A stretch of DNA of 64,000 bases, from the NCBI GenBank assembly GCA_965240325.2, contig OZ251231.1, positions 620,001 through 684,000 of the forward strand, read 5' to 3'. The notes below the pieces were generated by a model. The model was not told where the DNA came from. It saw only the letters and a program-made list of their open reading frames with translations, and ran no database searches. The position numbers and the translations under genes were made by a program. This document shows positions 22,060 to 33,645 of the stretch, in pieces (within the stretch, counting starts at the first letter, position 1; every line of letters starts with the position of its first letter). The DNA comes from Rebecca billardiae RCC1528. Taxonomy: Eukaryota > Protista > Haptophyta.

Positions 22060-24867
22060 TCATGGGTCGCTCCGGCTGCTCATGGACGGATCGACTGCGG
22101 CGCCGCCCGCCTCGCGCGCTGCCAGAGGGGCAGCCGGCTCAGGCTGCACGCGCGAGCGCTTGCCGCCCTGCTCGGCGTGGACGAGCGACGAGAGCCGGTC
22201 GGCGCTGAAGGCGCGCATCGGCGGCATGAACATGCCGCCGAGCCCGCCTCGGGCCGACGCCTCCTTGCTCGACGGCGCGTTGCTAGGCGCCGCGCCGGTG
22301 ACCGAGCCGGCGCGCGGCCGGCCGCGGCCACAGCTCCCCCCACGGGCGCCACCGCCGCCGCCGCCGCCGCCGCCCGCGCCGCCGCCGCCCACGCCGCCGA
22401 TCCGCAGGTCGTACGCGCGCCGCCTGCTCGCCATGCCGCGCACGTGCCGCTGGATCTCGACGGCGCTCGCCTCCAGCCGCTCGTGCAGCTCAGAGCCCCA
22501 CGCGGCGAAGGGCGCGTCCGCGCCCGCGGGCGGCCCGAGCAGCCGCGCGCCCCGCTCCGCGCGCAGCGCCGCCACGCGCTGGCGGTCGCGCATCGAGCGG
22601 AAGTGCGCCTGGATGGTGGTCGCGCCGCGCCACTGCGCGTCGCGCCTCGCCTGCTCCTCGGCGAAGCGCGGCCGGCGCCGCTCCCCGTCGTCCTCCAGCG
22701 CCGCGCGCAGCACGCGTCGGCACTTCTGGTTGAACTGCTCGCGCCCGCCGAACCCGGCCTCGATGATGAAGAGCAGCCGCTCGTCGTCGCCCGGGTGCGA
22801 GGCCTGTGACGCGCGCACGTCGAAGTGCGACACGGCGCGCACAAGGCTGGCGTGCGCGGCATCGCCGCTCTCGAGCTCGAGCGCCGCGTCATTGCGGAGG
22901 GCCCGCGTGCCGCCATTTAGCCGGTCGGGCGAGGACACGCCCGCCGCCTCGGCCGCGGCCTCCTCGGCGATCGCCTCGCTCGCGCGCGCCGCCGCCTCGC
23001 GCATCGACTCGCCGCCCCGCGCCTGCGCCGCCGCCGCCTTGGCGTTCGCCTCCGCGTCCGCGCCCTCCACCTCGATCGCGTCGTCGAGCGTGCGCAGCTC
23101 AAACGCCGGCGGCGCCTCGTCGTCGTCGTCCAGCATCTCGAGATAGCAGAACACCTCGAGCACGCACCACAGCCGGAAGAGCCACGTGCGCCCCGTGAGC
23201 GCGAGCAGCGAGTTGCACCCCGCGAGGAACAGCGGCAGGAACGCCAGCCGGGCGTCGTGCTGCCCGGACGAGAGGTCGAGGGATGCCTTGTCGAGCCAGA
23301 CAGTGGGCTCGCGTCCGTGGTGGCGCGCGCGGAACTCGCGCCGCCACGCCTGCAGCCCGACCCACTTCGCTGCGGGGTCGTCGTGCCAGCTGTGGCTGAT
23401 GAACTGCGCGCACGCCCGCCGGGGAGGTCGCAGGCGCAGCCGGGCGCGGCGGCGTACAGCCGTGAGCGCAGCGTGCGGCGTGGCGCGGCGCGGCGCGGCG
23501 CGGCGCGGCGCGGCGCGGCGTGGCGCGGTGCGGCGCGCGCGGCACGCGCGCGCGGCGCGCACCGCGTCGACCTCGCCAAAGCGTGCGGGCACCGAGCGCG
23601 CATACAGCGCCGGGTCTGGCTTCGAGCTCTGCAGGTCGGCAAACGTGAGCTGGTCCAGCGTGATCGCGCGGAACGCCGCCTCCGCCTGCTCCTGCAGCTC
23701 AGCGGCGGTGTTGCTTCCGAGCATGGCGGCAATCATCGCGCCGGTTGACACCTCCTCCGAGACGAGCGAGAGGGCGGAGGTGACGCGCGCGCGCGTGTCG
23801 CGGTCGAGCGCGACCGCGCCGATCACGAAGAGCTCCACGCACAGCGCGAGCAGCGCGCCCTCCAGCAGCCCGAACGGCCGGCCCGCGACAGCGCTCGCGC
23901 CAGTGGCAAGAGCGCTCACGAGCGCTATGCTGATCGCCACCCCCTCGGCAATGCACGCGCCGCCCCACGCGCGCCAGAGCGTGTCCAGCACGGAGCGGGG
24001 CGGCAGGTCGAGGATGAGCGTCGGTAGCAGTAGCAGCACCACCGTGTTCAGCACGACCGCCGTCGCGCCGAACGACCAGCCGCCGATCGCGATCCACTCG
24101 CACGGCACGAGCGACGGCGACTCGACGCGCGCAAACGGCCGCTCGCACAGGCCGCCGCGCCGGTCGGCGGCGGGCACGTCGGCCCAGAGCGAGAAGAAGA
24201 TGCACGCGGCGAGCGCGGAGAGCGTGGCGAGCAGGAAGAACCCCGCGCACGCCATCCCCGCCGCCGCGTCCACCGCGCGCCGGTCGGCGGGCCGGAGCGC
24301 GAGCATGACGAGCAACGCACCAGCGCTGAAGGCACACGGGCCGAACCATGTCGCGTCCGAGCCGTGCCTGGCGAGGAGGAGGAGGCTGGCGAAGCCGCCG
24401 GCGGTGAGGATCATGCCCAGCCCAACGAGCGAGACCTGCAGCGCCACGCGCCGCGCCCGCCCCTGCATGCGCGCGCGGTCGAGCTGCATGGTGAGCTGCT
24501 CCCTCACGGCCACGTCCGTCGGGTGGCGCGTCAACCGGAGCTGGCCGCTGCCGTAGGAGATCTCCGCGGTGGTCTGGCGGGATTGTACACGCTTCGTCTG
24601 CGCGTCCTGTACCACGTCGAGCATCGAGCGCCGCCGCTTCAGCGGCTCCACCGTCGCCTTGGACAGGCCTCGCCATAATGAGCGCGAGCGCAACGAGAGG
24701 TAGCTCTGCCGCAGGGACTGGCGGACGGCCAGCGTCGTGAGCCAGACGCCGAGCGCCACGATGAGGAGGTTTAGACCGACGTGTACGCCGACGATCGTCG
24801 CGACGGCGGCCGGCCGCCTTGCCAAGTCGTCGAAGCCTCGCAGCCCGCGCAAGAAGGCCCCACTCAT
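22060..24867 (-). CDS. Multi-TM protein with cytoplasmic TIR-like domain and two IQ motifs; in-frame intron 23404-23562
   Basis: About 7 hydrophobic segments. After splicing: VDAFISHSWHDD...VWLDKASLD...LPLFLAGCNSLLALTGRTWLFRLWCVLE. IQ motifs ATTIQAHFRSMRDR and AVEIQRHVRGMASRR. Confidence 0.75.
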   Translation of the reverse strand: MSGAFLRGLRGFDDLARRPAAVATIVGVHVGLNLLIVALGVWLTTLAVRQSLRQSYLSLRSRSLWRGLSKATVEPLKRRRSMLDVVQDAQTKRVQSRQTTAEISYGSGQLRLTRHPTDVAVREQLTMQLDRARMQGRARRVALQVSLVGLGMILTAGGFASLLLLARHGSDATWFGPCAFSAGALLVMLALRPADRRAVDAAAGMACAGFFLLATLSALAACIFFSLWADVPAADRRGGLCERPFARVESPSLVPCEWIAIGGWSFGATAVVLNTVVLLLLPTLILDLPPRSVLDTLWRAWGGACIAEGVAISIALVSALATGASAVAGRPFGLLEGALLALCVELFVIGAVALDRDTRARVTSALSLVSEEVSTGAMIAAMLGSNTAAELQEQAEAAFRAITLDQLTFADLQSSKPDPALYARSVPARFGEVDAVRAARACRARRTAPRRAAPRRAAPRRATPHAALTAVRRRARLRLRPPRRACAQFISHSWHDDPAAKWVGLQAWRREFRARHHGREPTVWLDKASLDLSSGQHDARLAFLPLFLAGCNSLLALTGRTWLFRLWCVLEVFCYLEMLDDDDEAPPAFELRTLDDAIEVEGADAEANAKAAAAQARGGESMREAAARASEAIAEEAAAEAAGVSSPDRLNGGTRALRNDAALELESGDAAHASLVRAVSHFDVRASQASHPGDDERLLFIIEAGFGGREQFNQKCRRVLRAALEDDGERRRPRFAEEQARRDAQWRGATTIQAHFRSMRDRQRVAALRAERGARLLGPPAGADAPFAAWGSELHERLEASAVEIQRHVRGMASRRRAYDLRIGGVGGGGAGGGGGGGGGARGGSCGRGRPRAGSVTGAAPSNAPSSKEASARGGLGGMFMPPMRAFSADRLSSLVHAEQGGKRSRVQPEPAAPLAAREAGGAAVDPSMSSRSDP

Positions 24868-25046
24868 GTCGCGGCGCCAAGGACTAGCACAACGGATCCA
24901 GATGGCTGATCTCAGCAAAGGAATGAAAGGGGGGGCTCATGAAGAGTTACTACTGCTGCCACTGATCCGATATCAGATTCTCAGATCGAGATCGAAACGA
25001 CACGACAGCAAAGGCCGTACGACGTAACGACGGAACCTTCGTCAGC

Positions 25047-26069
25047 ATGCGCGCCATGGTGCTTGTGATGCTGGAAGCGGTCGCCCGGGCCGTGCTGCCC
25101 GTGGTGCAGCTCACAGGTGGCCTGCAAATGCCCGCCATCGCCATTGGCACTGGCGTTAGATCGGGGGCAAAGAAGGAAGGGAGCGCGATGCTTATTTACG
25201 CGCTCGAATCGGGATTCCGGCACATCGACGCTGCGGAATCGTACGGCTCGGCCGGCGTGGTCGGCAAGGCTTTGCACGCGGTCCTCGGCGAGGGTCGCGT
25301 GCGCCGGGGTGACTTGTTCGTCACGGTCAAACTCGGCAACGACATGCACAACCCAGAAGACGTGCCGCGCGCGCTGAACAGGTCGCTCTCGGCGCTGCGG
25401 CTGTCGTACGCCGACCTCTTCCTGATGCACTGGCCAGTCAGCGGCACGACGGCGCTGCCGGTCGAGGACGATGGGTATACGCGGCCCACCGTCGCGACCA
25501 CGTGGAGCACGATGGAGGAGCTCGTGCGCTCGGGGCGCGTGCGTGCGCTGGGCGTGAGCAATTTCGGGCCACGCCGACTGCGCGCCCTCGTGGCGACGGC
25601 CACGATCCCACCCGTCGTGAATCAGGTCGAGTTGCACCCGATCTGGCGGGACGACCGCCTGCTCGCGGTGGCGAAGGAGCTCGGCGTGCATCTCTCCGCC
25701 TACTCGCCGCTGGGCGGCGGCTCGGACAAGCTCCTCGAGTCGCCTGTGGTCGACAGGATTGCGCAGGAGCTCGGTCGCACGCCCGCCCAGGTCCTGCTGC
25801 GCTGGGGTCTCGAGCGAGGGACGTCCGTGGTGACCGCGTCGCGCACGCGGAAGCACCTCGACGACATCCTTGCCGTTGCGGACTTCGCCCTCAGCCCCGG
25901 CCACATGAGCGCACTCTCGACGATGGAGCCACAGAAGCGTGTGATGTCCATGCGCTTTGCGTACTCCTCCCAGGGCGTGCGCGTGTCCAAAATGCTGCTT
26001 CCCAACGGGACGCTCCGCCCCAACGTCGGTCACCACGGGTTGATGCCGTACTGGCAAGTACTCGCCTAG
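25047..26069 (+). CDS. Aldo-keto reductase (AKR1/4/5-like)
   Basis: GFRHIDAAESY, FVTVKL, YADLFLMHWP, ALGVSNF, VNQVELHP, AYSPLGGG, AQVLLRW; catalytic D/Y/K/H present. Confidence 0.92.
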   Translation: MRAMVLVMLEAVARAVLPVVQLTGGLQMPAIAIGTGVRSGAKKEGSAMLIYALESGFRHIDAAESYGSAGVVGKALHAVLGEGRVRRGDLFVTVKLGNDMHNPEDVPRALNRSLSALRLSYADLFLMHWPVSGTTALPVEDDGYTRPTVATTWSTMEELVRSGRVRALGVSNFGPRRLRALVATATIPPVVNQVELHPIWRDDRLLAVAKELGVHLSAYSPLGGGSDKLLESPVVDRIAQELGRTPAQVLLRWGLERGTSVVTASRTRKHLDDILAVADFALSPGHMSALSTMEPQKRVMSMRFAYSSQGVRVSKMLLPNGTLRPNVGHHGLMPYWQVLA

Positions 26070-27149
26070 TGGATGCTTCGTCGCATAGTAGCGGCGGCCG
26101 GGCCGGCCGGGCAACATGGAACGGTGCCAGCACCAAGCCCGCTGCACACTGCGTGTCCGACTCGTCACGGTACCGTCTAACTGCCAGTCTTGGCATCGTA
26201 ACAGACAGATCACTCTCGTCTCTCGGATTCTCTTAAAACACTCACGGTAATTAGTACTATCACAGTTACTGCTGCTGAGTGCTGTCAGTCAGGCCGCCGA
26301 GGTCAGGGCCTGTCACTTAGAAGTCCTAATATACATGATGGGGGTACTAAGCAGGTGATTATGGCGGGCCGTAGGTCCGCCCCTTGTAGTGCCCGGGGAA
26401 AAGAAAAGAAAAAGAAGAGAAAATAAAATCGCCTCGCAAAGAAAAGAAAATCGCTTCGCTCACTACCGGGCGCCCTCGCAGCTCCCACTGGGGACGCTCG
26501 GCCGAAAAAGAGTTAGCCGATGGCGCGGAGCGCGTGGGCCGCGCGCGCCAAATCCAACGCCGGCGCGGACATCGCGCGAGGATTCCCGAGACGTGTTTTC
26601 GCCCGATTCGCGATTGCTGCCCTCGTCGTCTCGCGTGCAGGTCGAACGGGGGCCAAAGTCGACGCGTTTGGAGGTACGCTCGGCGCGTCGACACGATCGT
26701 GCGACCTGGGGCGGTCCTCGCCTGACTTGCACGTCGAGCGCTCGCACGGGCTATAGTAGCAAGCGCTGCGCACGACAACCACCTCGCGCGATCCACCGCC
26801 GCGCGTCGGGCTCGGTGCGGAAAGGCCCTCATCACGAGGTGTCTCGCGGGCGGGAAGCGCCATCGCACGCGACGCAAGATTTGGCGCGGCCTTCTGAACT
26901 CGATCGCCGGAATCCGCGCACCAGGACTCAGTCGTCGCTCGCCGTCCCTCAGGCGAAGCCCACGTCCGGCCTGCATGGCGTCGACGGTGACCAATGCGAC
27001 GGAAGCGCAGCGCCAACGTCGTACGACGCGCAGCGGACGCACCTCCCGGGTCTGTCGCCGTGGCAGCAACCGCGTCTTCGCGAGTTGGCGCACAGGCAAG
27101 CCCGTGATGCCATCCGAAGAGAGATGAAACGTCGAGCATGCAACATCGC

Positions 27150-27800
27150 CGCGCTATCCTCGTCCATGGCGCAGGCGCTGCGGGACGAGGCGGAAGTCGT
27201 CACGCCGGTGACGGATGCGCTGCGCTTCGTGTGCCCGCGTGAGCAGCGCTTGCCCACTCTCGATCGCGAGTGGCACACGCTGTCGCTGTGCGCGCGCGCG
27301 CGCACAACCAACAGCTCCTCGTGCCGCCGAGCACGCGGGCGCCAGACCTGTCGAAGATGCGAAGAGCGACGACCGCGTGAACGTCAACGCGCTCGTGCTC
27401 GGCGTGGCGGCCGTGTACGACGTCAACGCGACCTGCGCCGAGCCCATCATGCCCGGAGCGGACATCGGCAAGCATCCTCGCGACGACCGCTCTCGGCTGG
27501 CGGCAGGAGGACATGCACACGATCTACTCTGGCGGCTTCGTCGGCGGCGAGGCGCTCGATTACGCCATCGCGGTCGAGATGCGGCACATACAGCGCGTAC
27601 CCGCGCTCGCGCGGAGCAACGGGCTGCCCGCCCCGCCCCGCGTGCTGCACATTACCTCGTGGGTGTGGGCCTCGCTGATGCGCATACGATTACAGACGTA
27701 CGTACACATGGGACAGAACTTCAGGTGTGGCACTGGTCCTCGCACTCGACTGTCCGTCACCCACGGCCACGAGCGAATGTGGAAAGACGCGAATCCGCAG
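27150..27800 (+). pseudogene. Frameshifted coding-like remnant truncated next to a (TA)n array
   Basis: Protein-like segments in successive frames (MAQALRDEAEVV..., [17 protein letters not shown]..., [16 protein letters not shown]...[13 protein letters not shown]); identity unresolved. Confidence 0.3.
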
Positions 27801-27859
27801 AGGATACGTTGCGACAGCACTGGCACGGCCCGCCGACCCCCCCGCCCGCCGCCAGGGCA

Positions 27860-28034
<175 letters not shown>

Positions 28035-28040
28035 GCAACT

Positions 28041-29480
28041 TCATCTGCACGGGCCGATGCCCGATGCACCCTCCACGACGATGGGGTGGATATCGTTAGA
28101 GGCGCACGGCACTCGGTGATGAAACTCAAAGTCCCCTCCGGCTCTGGACTCCCAGTGCGCCGACTTGAGCGCGTAGAGCTCCGTGCACCGACCCGGGCGG
28201 TCGAACTCGATGCTGAGCGCGGACCGTGCACGCGTGCCGTTCAGATTCGGCCCGTGGATCGAGTTCGTGTCGAAGAGGTAGAGCGAGCCGAGCCGGCCGT
28301 GCATCGAGACGACCTGGTGCTGCGTGCGCACCCACCTATCGTCGAAGCGCGAGTCGAAGACCACGGAGTCGTCGACCGAGTAGTAGACCGCGCGGTGCGT
28401 GCCGTTGGTGACGAGCGTGGGGCGGCCGTGCGTCTCGTCCACGTCGTGCAGCAGGAGGTAAAGCTTGATCCGCCGCCCCACGCGGTCGTGGTGCCACAGG
28501 TCGTTCGGGCGCGGCCAAACGTGTTCGCGGAATCGGCGGATCGTCGCGCCGTACGTGCACACCGCCGGCGGCGGGGCTGGGCCGGGCGCGCCCGAGCTCG
28601 TATGGCGACGCGCTGCGGCCGCACGTGCCGGGTGCATGTACGTCCCCACCGCACGCGCGAGGGCCTCGTCGCGCAGAAGAGGGCGCAGGAGGGCGGCCAG
28701 CTCCTTGTCCCACGCGCCGAGCACGTGGCCGCTTCGATACACTTCCATGCGGTGGCTCTTCAGCCAGCTCTCTCGCACGTCGAGCGCGTCCATCGCCACG
28801 CGCGCGATCCGCTCCGCGTCGAGACCGGGCCAGGACTCGAAGCGCACGAAGCCGTCGCGCGAGAGCCGCGCGTACAGCTCCGCGGCGCGGCGCCCGACAC
28901 CATCGGCGTCACTGCCGAGCGCGTCCGCCAGCAGCGCCGCCGGCGCGTGCCGCTGCGGCACGTCCAGCTCCCAGAAGGCGCGCGCGAGGCGCAGGTTGCG
29001 CTCCTCCGCACGGGCGGCATGCAGGTTGCGCTCGGACGGATGCGTGTCTCGTGGCAGCGCGGCCATCGACGGCATCGCGCCGTTGTGCAGCTGCACCACC
29101 TTCGCGAATGCCTGCTCGAGGGTAGAGTTGGACGTGTTCGGGTCTGCATCTCGTGTGAGCGCGGGCGTCAGCATAGCGGTCGGATCGTAGCTGACGGCGC
29201 CCAGCGAGAGTCCCGCGACGATCGCCACGCGCAGCTGCTGCGCAGACGTTGCTGATCGCCGCAGCCGCGCGCAGAATCCATTCCGACGATGCGTGTAGAC
29301 GTCGTTCATGATCGCGGCGGACAGCTGCCGCTCGCGGACCCTGGGCTTGGTGGACAGACGGGCGGTGCCGTTGACTACTTTTGCGACGGGCAACTCGTGA
29401 ATCGCGTCGAAGGCGCGCACGCTGGATGGCGTAAATGGCATGGGAACACACTGGGCCGCCCATGACGTGTCGGCGGTCAT
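28041..29480 (-). CDS. Phytanoyl-CoA dioxygenase-like Fe(II)/2-oxoglutarate oxygenase
   Basis: RDGFVRF; WHHD (HxD); [25 protein letters not shown]; [13 protein letters not shown]; RSALSIEF. Start codon uncertain. Confidence 0.8.
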   Translation of the reverse strand: MTADTSWAAQCVPMPFTPSSVRAFDAIHELPVAKVVNGTARLSTKPRVRERQLSAAIMNDVYTHRRNGFCARLRRSATSAQQLRVAIVAGLSLGAVSYDPTAMLTPALTRDADPNTSNSTLEQAFAKVVQLHNGAMPSMAALPRDTHPSERNLHAARAEERNLRLARAFWELDVPQRHAPAALLADALGSDADGVGRRAAELYARLSRDGFVRFESWPGLDAERIARVAMDALDVRESWLKSHRMEVYRSGHVLGAWDKELAALLRPLLRDEALARAVGTYMHPARAAAARRHTSSGAPGPAPPPAVCTYGATIRRFREHVWPRPNDLWHHDRVGRRIKLYLLLHDVDETHGRPTLVTNGTHRAVYYSVDDSVVFDSRFDDRWVRTQHQVVSMHGRLGSLYLFDTNSIHGPNLNGTRARSALSIEFDRPGRCTELYALKSAHWESRAGGDFEFHHRVPCASNDIHPIVVEGASGIGPCR

Positions 29481-29685
29481 GGGAGGCCCTGCCGCACGCG
29501 CCCGTGCGCGGCGAGGGGTGGAGTGCGGGGCTGGCGGGCGTCAGGGTCGCCTCGAGAGGGTCGATGAGTCCCCCGCCCAAGCGAGGGCCACCCCCTCAGT
29601 CGGCCTCTCCGCGTCGCGCGCGTCGTCGGCGCGCGGGTGCTTTCGAGCCCTTGTGAAGGCACGCCGAGGTACGAGCAGTCGGCCA

Positions 29686-29888
29686 CCACCCGTCCCAGAA
29701 AGCCCCTGACTCTCATGAGCCCAACCTTGATTCCTTTGCTGAGCCCGTCTTCGGCTCAGCGGGCTCAAAACATGCCGACGGCATGTTTTGAGCTCAGTGA
29801 CTATGAAATGGGCTGGCAATAACGAATAGCTGCGGGTATTTTTCAATACCAGGGAGCCTTGATGTAGGGGGCTGGCTGGGACGGGTGG
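29686..29888. mobile_element. About 200-bp MITE-like element with 13-bp TIRs and an internal hairpin
   Basis: CCACCCGTCCCAG (29686-29698) and CTGGGACGGGTGG (29876-29888); perfect 15-bp stem at 29763-29793; no clear TSD. Confidence 0.55.
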
Positions 29889-30401
29889 AGTGCGCTGATG
29901 CGGCCGCGGCCACTGGCGGAGCAGCCGCCAACTCTCGCCCTTTTCTCAATTCTTCAAGAACGGATTTTTCCTGCTCAAGTTTGTGGTACACGACTGGTCG
30001 TACCTGGGCTTGCCTTCACCTTCGGTACCAGACGTGGCGCAAGGCGGTCATCCTTTATGTCAGGCATCCGTCAACGACCTGAGCCGTACCACGGCATTGT
30101 GCGCCAGCTGGAGGTCGGGCATTTGGTCGGGTGCACCCGCGCGCTGTCCGGCGCGCTTGCCAGTGGCTACGCGGATGTCACGCCGGTCCGCGTTTCCCTC
30201 CCCGCGCCCGTGTCCGACCACGCCGCGCCCGCCAATGCGCGCGCGCCGCGAGATGCGCCACCTTCAAGGGCGTCTTCAGGAGCTTCGGGCGTTTCAGACG
30301 ATTCGACACTTATACTATGCCCCCCCTGTATTGACACTTGACATGATACATATTGTCGCATATACCGCCACGTAGTGAGTGACGTAGTCGTCGTTAAGGC
30401 A

Positions 30402-30404
<3 letters not shown>

Positions 30405-30474
<70 letters not shown>
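30405..30474. repeat. (TA)n microsatellite
   Basis: Perfect TA run. Confidence 0.97.
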
Positions 30475-30477
<3 letters not shown>

Positions 30478-30761
30478 CGCCTATATATGAAAACCACGAC
30501 TCGACGACATCAACCTTTATTTGAGTGGCGGGGGCGCGGGGCGCTCGGTTTATTGTTTTAAAAGCTAGTAATGTAGCATCAGCAGCATTTAACTGGGGAG
30601 ACGCACTATCAGTATTATCAGTATCACGCAGCCGACGTCAGATGTCATCAGCATCGTGCGATGGACGGACCGCGCTCGCTGCCGACGCTGGCACGACTCC
30701 GTGACGCGCTGCGTTGACTCAGCGCGGCCGAGTCCCCGCAGACGGCGCGGTGGCCTGTGAT

Positions 30762-32128
30762 CTACAGCAGCGCTGGGTCATGGCTTGCGCGCTCACGCTG
30801 CCGCCAGACCACGGCCCCGGCTGCGGCCAGCACGAGAAGCGCTCCGCCGACGGCGGCTCCGACGGCTGTGACAGCCCCGTATGACCGTGCGCTGCTGGTG
30901 GCGCTGCTCGCATCCGCCCTGAGCGCGGGGGCCGACAGCCCGCTGGCCTCGAGAAAGCTGCGCGGAGCGGCCAAACGCGAACAAGCGCGCGCCGGGTCAA
31001 AGGCGCACGCCCGGCCGCCGGCGCGCACGGCAGGCGCTCGTCTCTGCGGGCGGCGGCGCGCGAGCACGCGCAGGCGCCGCTGGGCGTGCGCGCACAGTTC
31101 CTCCTTCAGGCCTTTCAGCGCCAGCACTTTGGATGGCACGGCGCCTGTGAACGTGTTCGTCCGAACGTCGCTGCGCGCGCGCACCGCGCCACGGGCCGGC
31201 GGCGCGGTGGTGAGCGTGTCGGGGGGGGCCCCGCTGCTGCCCCGCTGGCAGCCCGCGCCAGTGGCCGAGGGCGCGATGCGCCACGCTTCACGGGCGCGCG
31301 CGCGCGCGCGCGCGCGCGCGCGCACAGGCGGGTGAGCCCCTTGATCCGGCCGATCTCGCTGGGCAAGGGCCCCGTGAACTTGTTCTCGCTCAGGTCACTG
31401 TGCGCGCCGCCACGCGGCGCGCGGCGTAGGCGCGGCCGAGAAGTCGGCTGCAGGTGGCGAGAGCGCGGGCTCGCGTGTGCCGAGCGCCAGCGCGGCGCGG
31501 GGCGTGGAGCTCGGGCGCGCGGTGGGATCGCAGCGCGCGCGCACATCCAGGTGAGGGAGGTACACCTTCCGATCTCGGTGGGCAGGCGGCCCGTCAGCTC
31601 GTTGGTATCAAACTCCCTGCGCGCGCGAGCACGCGCCGCCGGGGCGAGCGCGGCGGGTCAGCGCGCGAGAGGCGATGCTCGTCGCACGCGCGGAGATTCC
31701 GCGGCGTGTGCCCTGGCGACCGCTCTGGCGGCCCGTTCCGGGGGCGCCGGCTCCGCCGGAGGGCAGCATGCGCGCACGCACAGATTACGAATGTTGACAA
31801 GCGTGCCGATCTCAGTCGGAACGGTCCCAGAGATGACGGTGAAGTCGAGGAAGCTGCGCAGGCGCGGGCAGATCGCACGAGGTGGGCATACGCGACCCGT
31901 CAGCTGCACCACCAACTGCGGAGGCGGCCATGCGTACGCTGTCCGCGCAGCGCCAGCGCGGGGCCGCGCAAAGGCGCGGCCACGCGATGAGCCGCACGCC
32001 AGCGCGCGCAGAACGCACAGATTGCGGCAAGTCTCCGGGTTCGCCAGGCAGGCAGTGAACTCCCAGTTGTGGTCGAGATGCATGCCCGACGCGAACAGCT
32101 CTGTCGCGGCGAGGAGGGCAAACAGCAT
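30762..32128 (-). CDS. LRR receptor-like protein (signal peptide, 4 plant-type LRRs, TM, short tail), 6 exons: 32019-32128, 31782-31853, 31545-31616, 31326-31397, 31096-31170, 30762-30957; 198 aa
   Basis: Absent as a whole from the ORF track. All five introns are GTGCGY...CAG and phase 2. Spliced product includes FTVISGTVPTEIGTL, TNELTGRLPTEIGRC, DLSENKFTGPLPSEIGRI, TNTFTGAVPSKVL and TM AVGAAVGGALLVLAAAGAVVWRQR. Confidence 0.88.
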
Positions 32129-32271
32129 CCCCGCAGACCGTGCGAAAAGAGAGCGCGATCGACAGCCGGATGACGCTTGACAAGCGCAGGCCGGTAGCTC
32201 TGGGCCCCGCCCGGATCGACGAGGCATCGGGATTCAGGATGGGATGCTGCCAGTGCCAGTTGGCACAAGCG

Positions 32272-33645
32272 ATGGCGGCGGCCAGCCGCATGTGGACCTG
32301 CACGCGTGTGTGTCCGCCTTTTGGCACGGCTTCGAGCGAGGGTCGCGATGGGCGCGGGCGAGGGCTCGCTGCAGTGCTGCTGCTACTGGCGCCGCATCAA
32401 AGGGCCGCGGGCGCAACATCCCTCCGCACAGTCGTCGTCGGCGAGACATCCCCCGAGCGCTACGCCCAATCGCTGCTGCTCAAATCATCGCGCGACGGGG
32501 CTCTGGCTGAGGGCTTCGCGCTCGCCACTCGCTTCAATACGCTGAATGAGCCCTTGCCCAAAACTGTCCGCCTCGTCCCAGTAGGCCCTTTCCGCGGATC
32601 GGGAGAGATTGGCGTCCCCAGCGGCGTCGCCGAGCTCGTGCTCTGCAAGCAGCCGCGCGCAATGCCCCCGGACGTGCACGTGGCGTACGTGCACGTCTTC
32701 AAGGCGGCGGGCACGACTACGCGGGCGGCGGTGCACCGCGGATGCCGCGGCGTCTCCTGGTGCGAGTCTCAAGGCTGGTGCCGAGATTGGCCTTCGACGT
32801 TTGAAGGCCGGAACATCAGCCGCACGGACGTCCTCGTGCTCGCCACCGTGCGCGAGCCGGTCGAGCGGTTCGTCTCGGCGGTGCACGAGCTGCGGCGGCG
32901 TGATTCGTGGGCAAAGGTGGAGGCATTCGCCAACCCGCGCCAGTTGGAGCGAATGGGCAATGGGACGAGCTTGTGGGCGACCCTCGTGCTGAACCTGATC
33001 GCACGGGACGGGTTCTGGGACGCGCATCTGTGGCCGCAGGCATCTCACCTGCACAACAGGGCGCGGAGGCGGCTGCCGGTGCGCTTCATCGGCGCTGTCG
33101 ATGACGGCGTGAACGACACGATGCGGCTGCTGCAGCATTGGCTGCACACCCGCCGCCCGCCGACAGTGCCGCCCAAGAGGCAGCGCAACCCTGGCGAGGA
33201 CTTCGGGCTCCTGCCCTGGCACGTGGGGCTGCTCTGCCAACTGTACTGGTACGACTTCCTGGCATTCGGCTACCCCGCCCCGTGGCAATGCCCCGAGCTG
33301 AGAGCGCGCCTGGAGAAGGAGAGGGCGCGCGCGGCGGCGGCTGCCGCTGCTGTCCGCGTGAGTGCACGCACAACGCAGCTCCCCGATGCAGCTCACACGC
33401 AGAGTCGGAGGTCGCAGTGGATGGGGCATCAGGCAAAACCGATGGCGCCATCGAGAAAACACAGCAGGCATCATCCATCGGGAGGGCCCAAGCGCAGTCA
33501 CAAGGCGGGCTACGTGTACGTGGCGTCTCAATCGCACGCGCCTGGCGTGCGAGGCTCTTCCACCCACCAGCACGGGTCCAAGTCCAACGTGAACGTGCGC
33601 AGCGGGCACCATCGAGCGCTGGCTGGTGGCTGCGAGCGAGCATAA
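32272..33645 (+). CDS. Golgi-type sulfotransferase (Sulfotransfer_2 / carbohydrate sulfotransferase-like), copy 1
   Basis: 5'-PSB YVHVFKAAGTT; 3'-PB TVREPVERFVSAV; DAHLWPQ; LCQLYWYDFLAFGY; short N-terminal hydrophobic anchor. Confidence 0.82.
   Translation: MAAASRMWTCTRVCPPFGTASSEGRDGRGRGLAAVLLLLAPHQRAAGATSLRTVVVGETSPERYAQSLLLKSSRDGALAEGFALATRFNTLNEPLPKTVRLVPVGPFRGSGEIGVPSGVAELVLCKQPRAMPPDVHVAYVHVFKAAGTTTRAAVHRGCRGVSWCESQGWCRDWPSTFEGRNISRTDVLVLATVREPVERFVSAVHELRRRDSWAKVEAFANPRQLERMGNGTSLWATLVLNLIARDGFWDAHLWPQASHLHNRARRRLPVRFIGAVDDGVNDTMRLLQHWLHTRRPPTVPPKRQRNPGEDFGLLPWHVGLLCQLYWYDFLAFGYPAPWQCPELRARLEKERARAAAAAAAVRVSARTTQLPDAAHTQSRRSQWMGHQAKPMAPSRKHSRHHPSGGPKRSHKAGYVYVASQSHAPGVRGSSTHQHGSKSNVNVRSGHHRALAGGCERA

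Noticed and set aside
27513-27700. Faint Ulp1-protease-like pattern in the 27-kb remnant
   Set aside because: No catalytic His/Asp/Cys motifs seen; similarity too weak to call.
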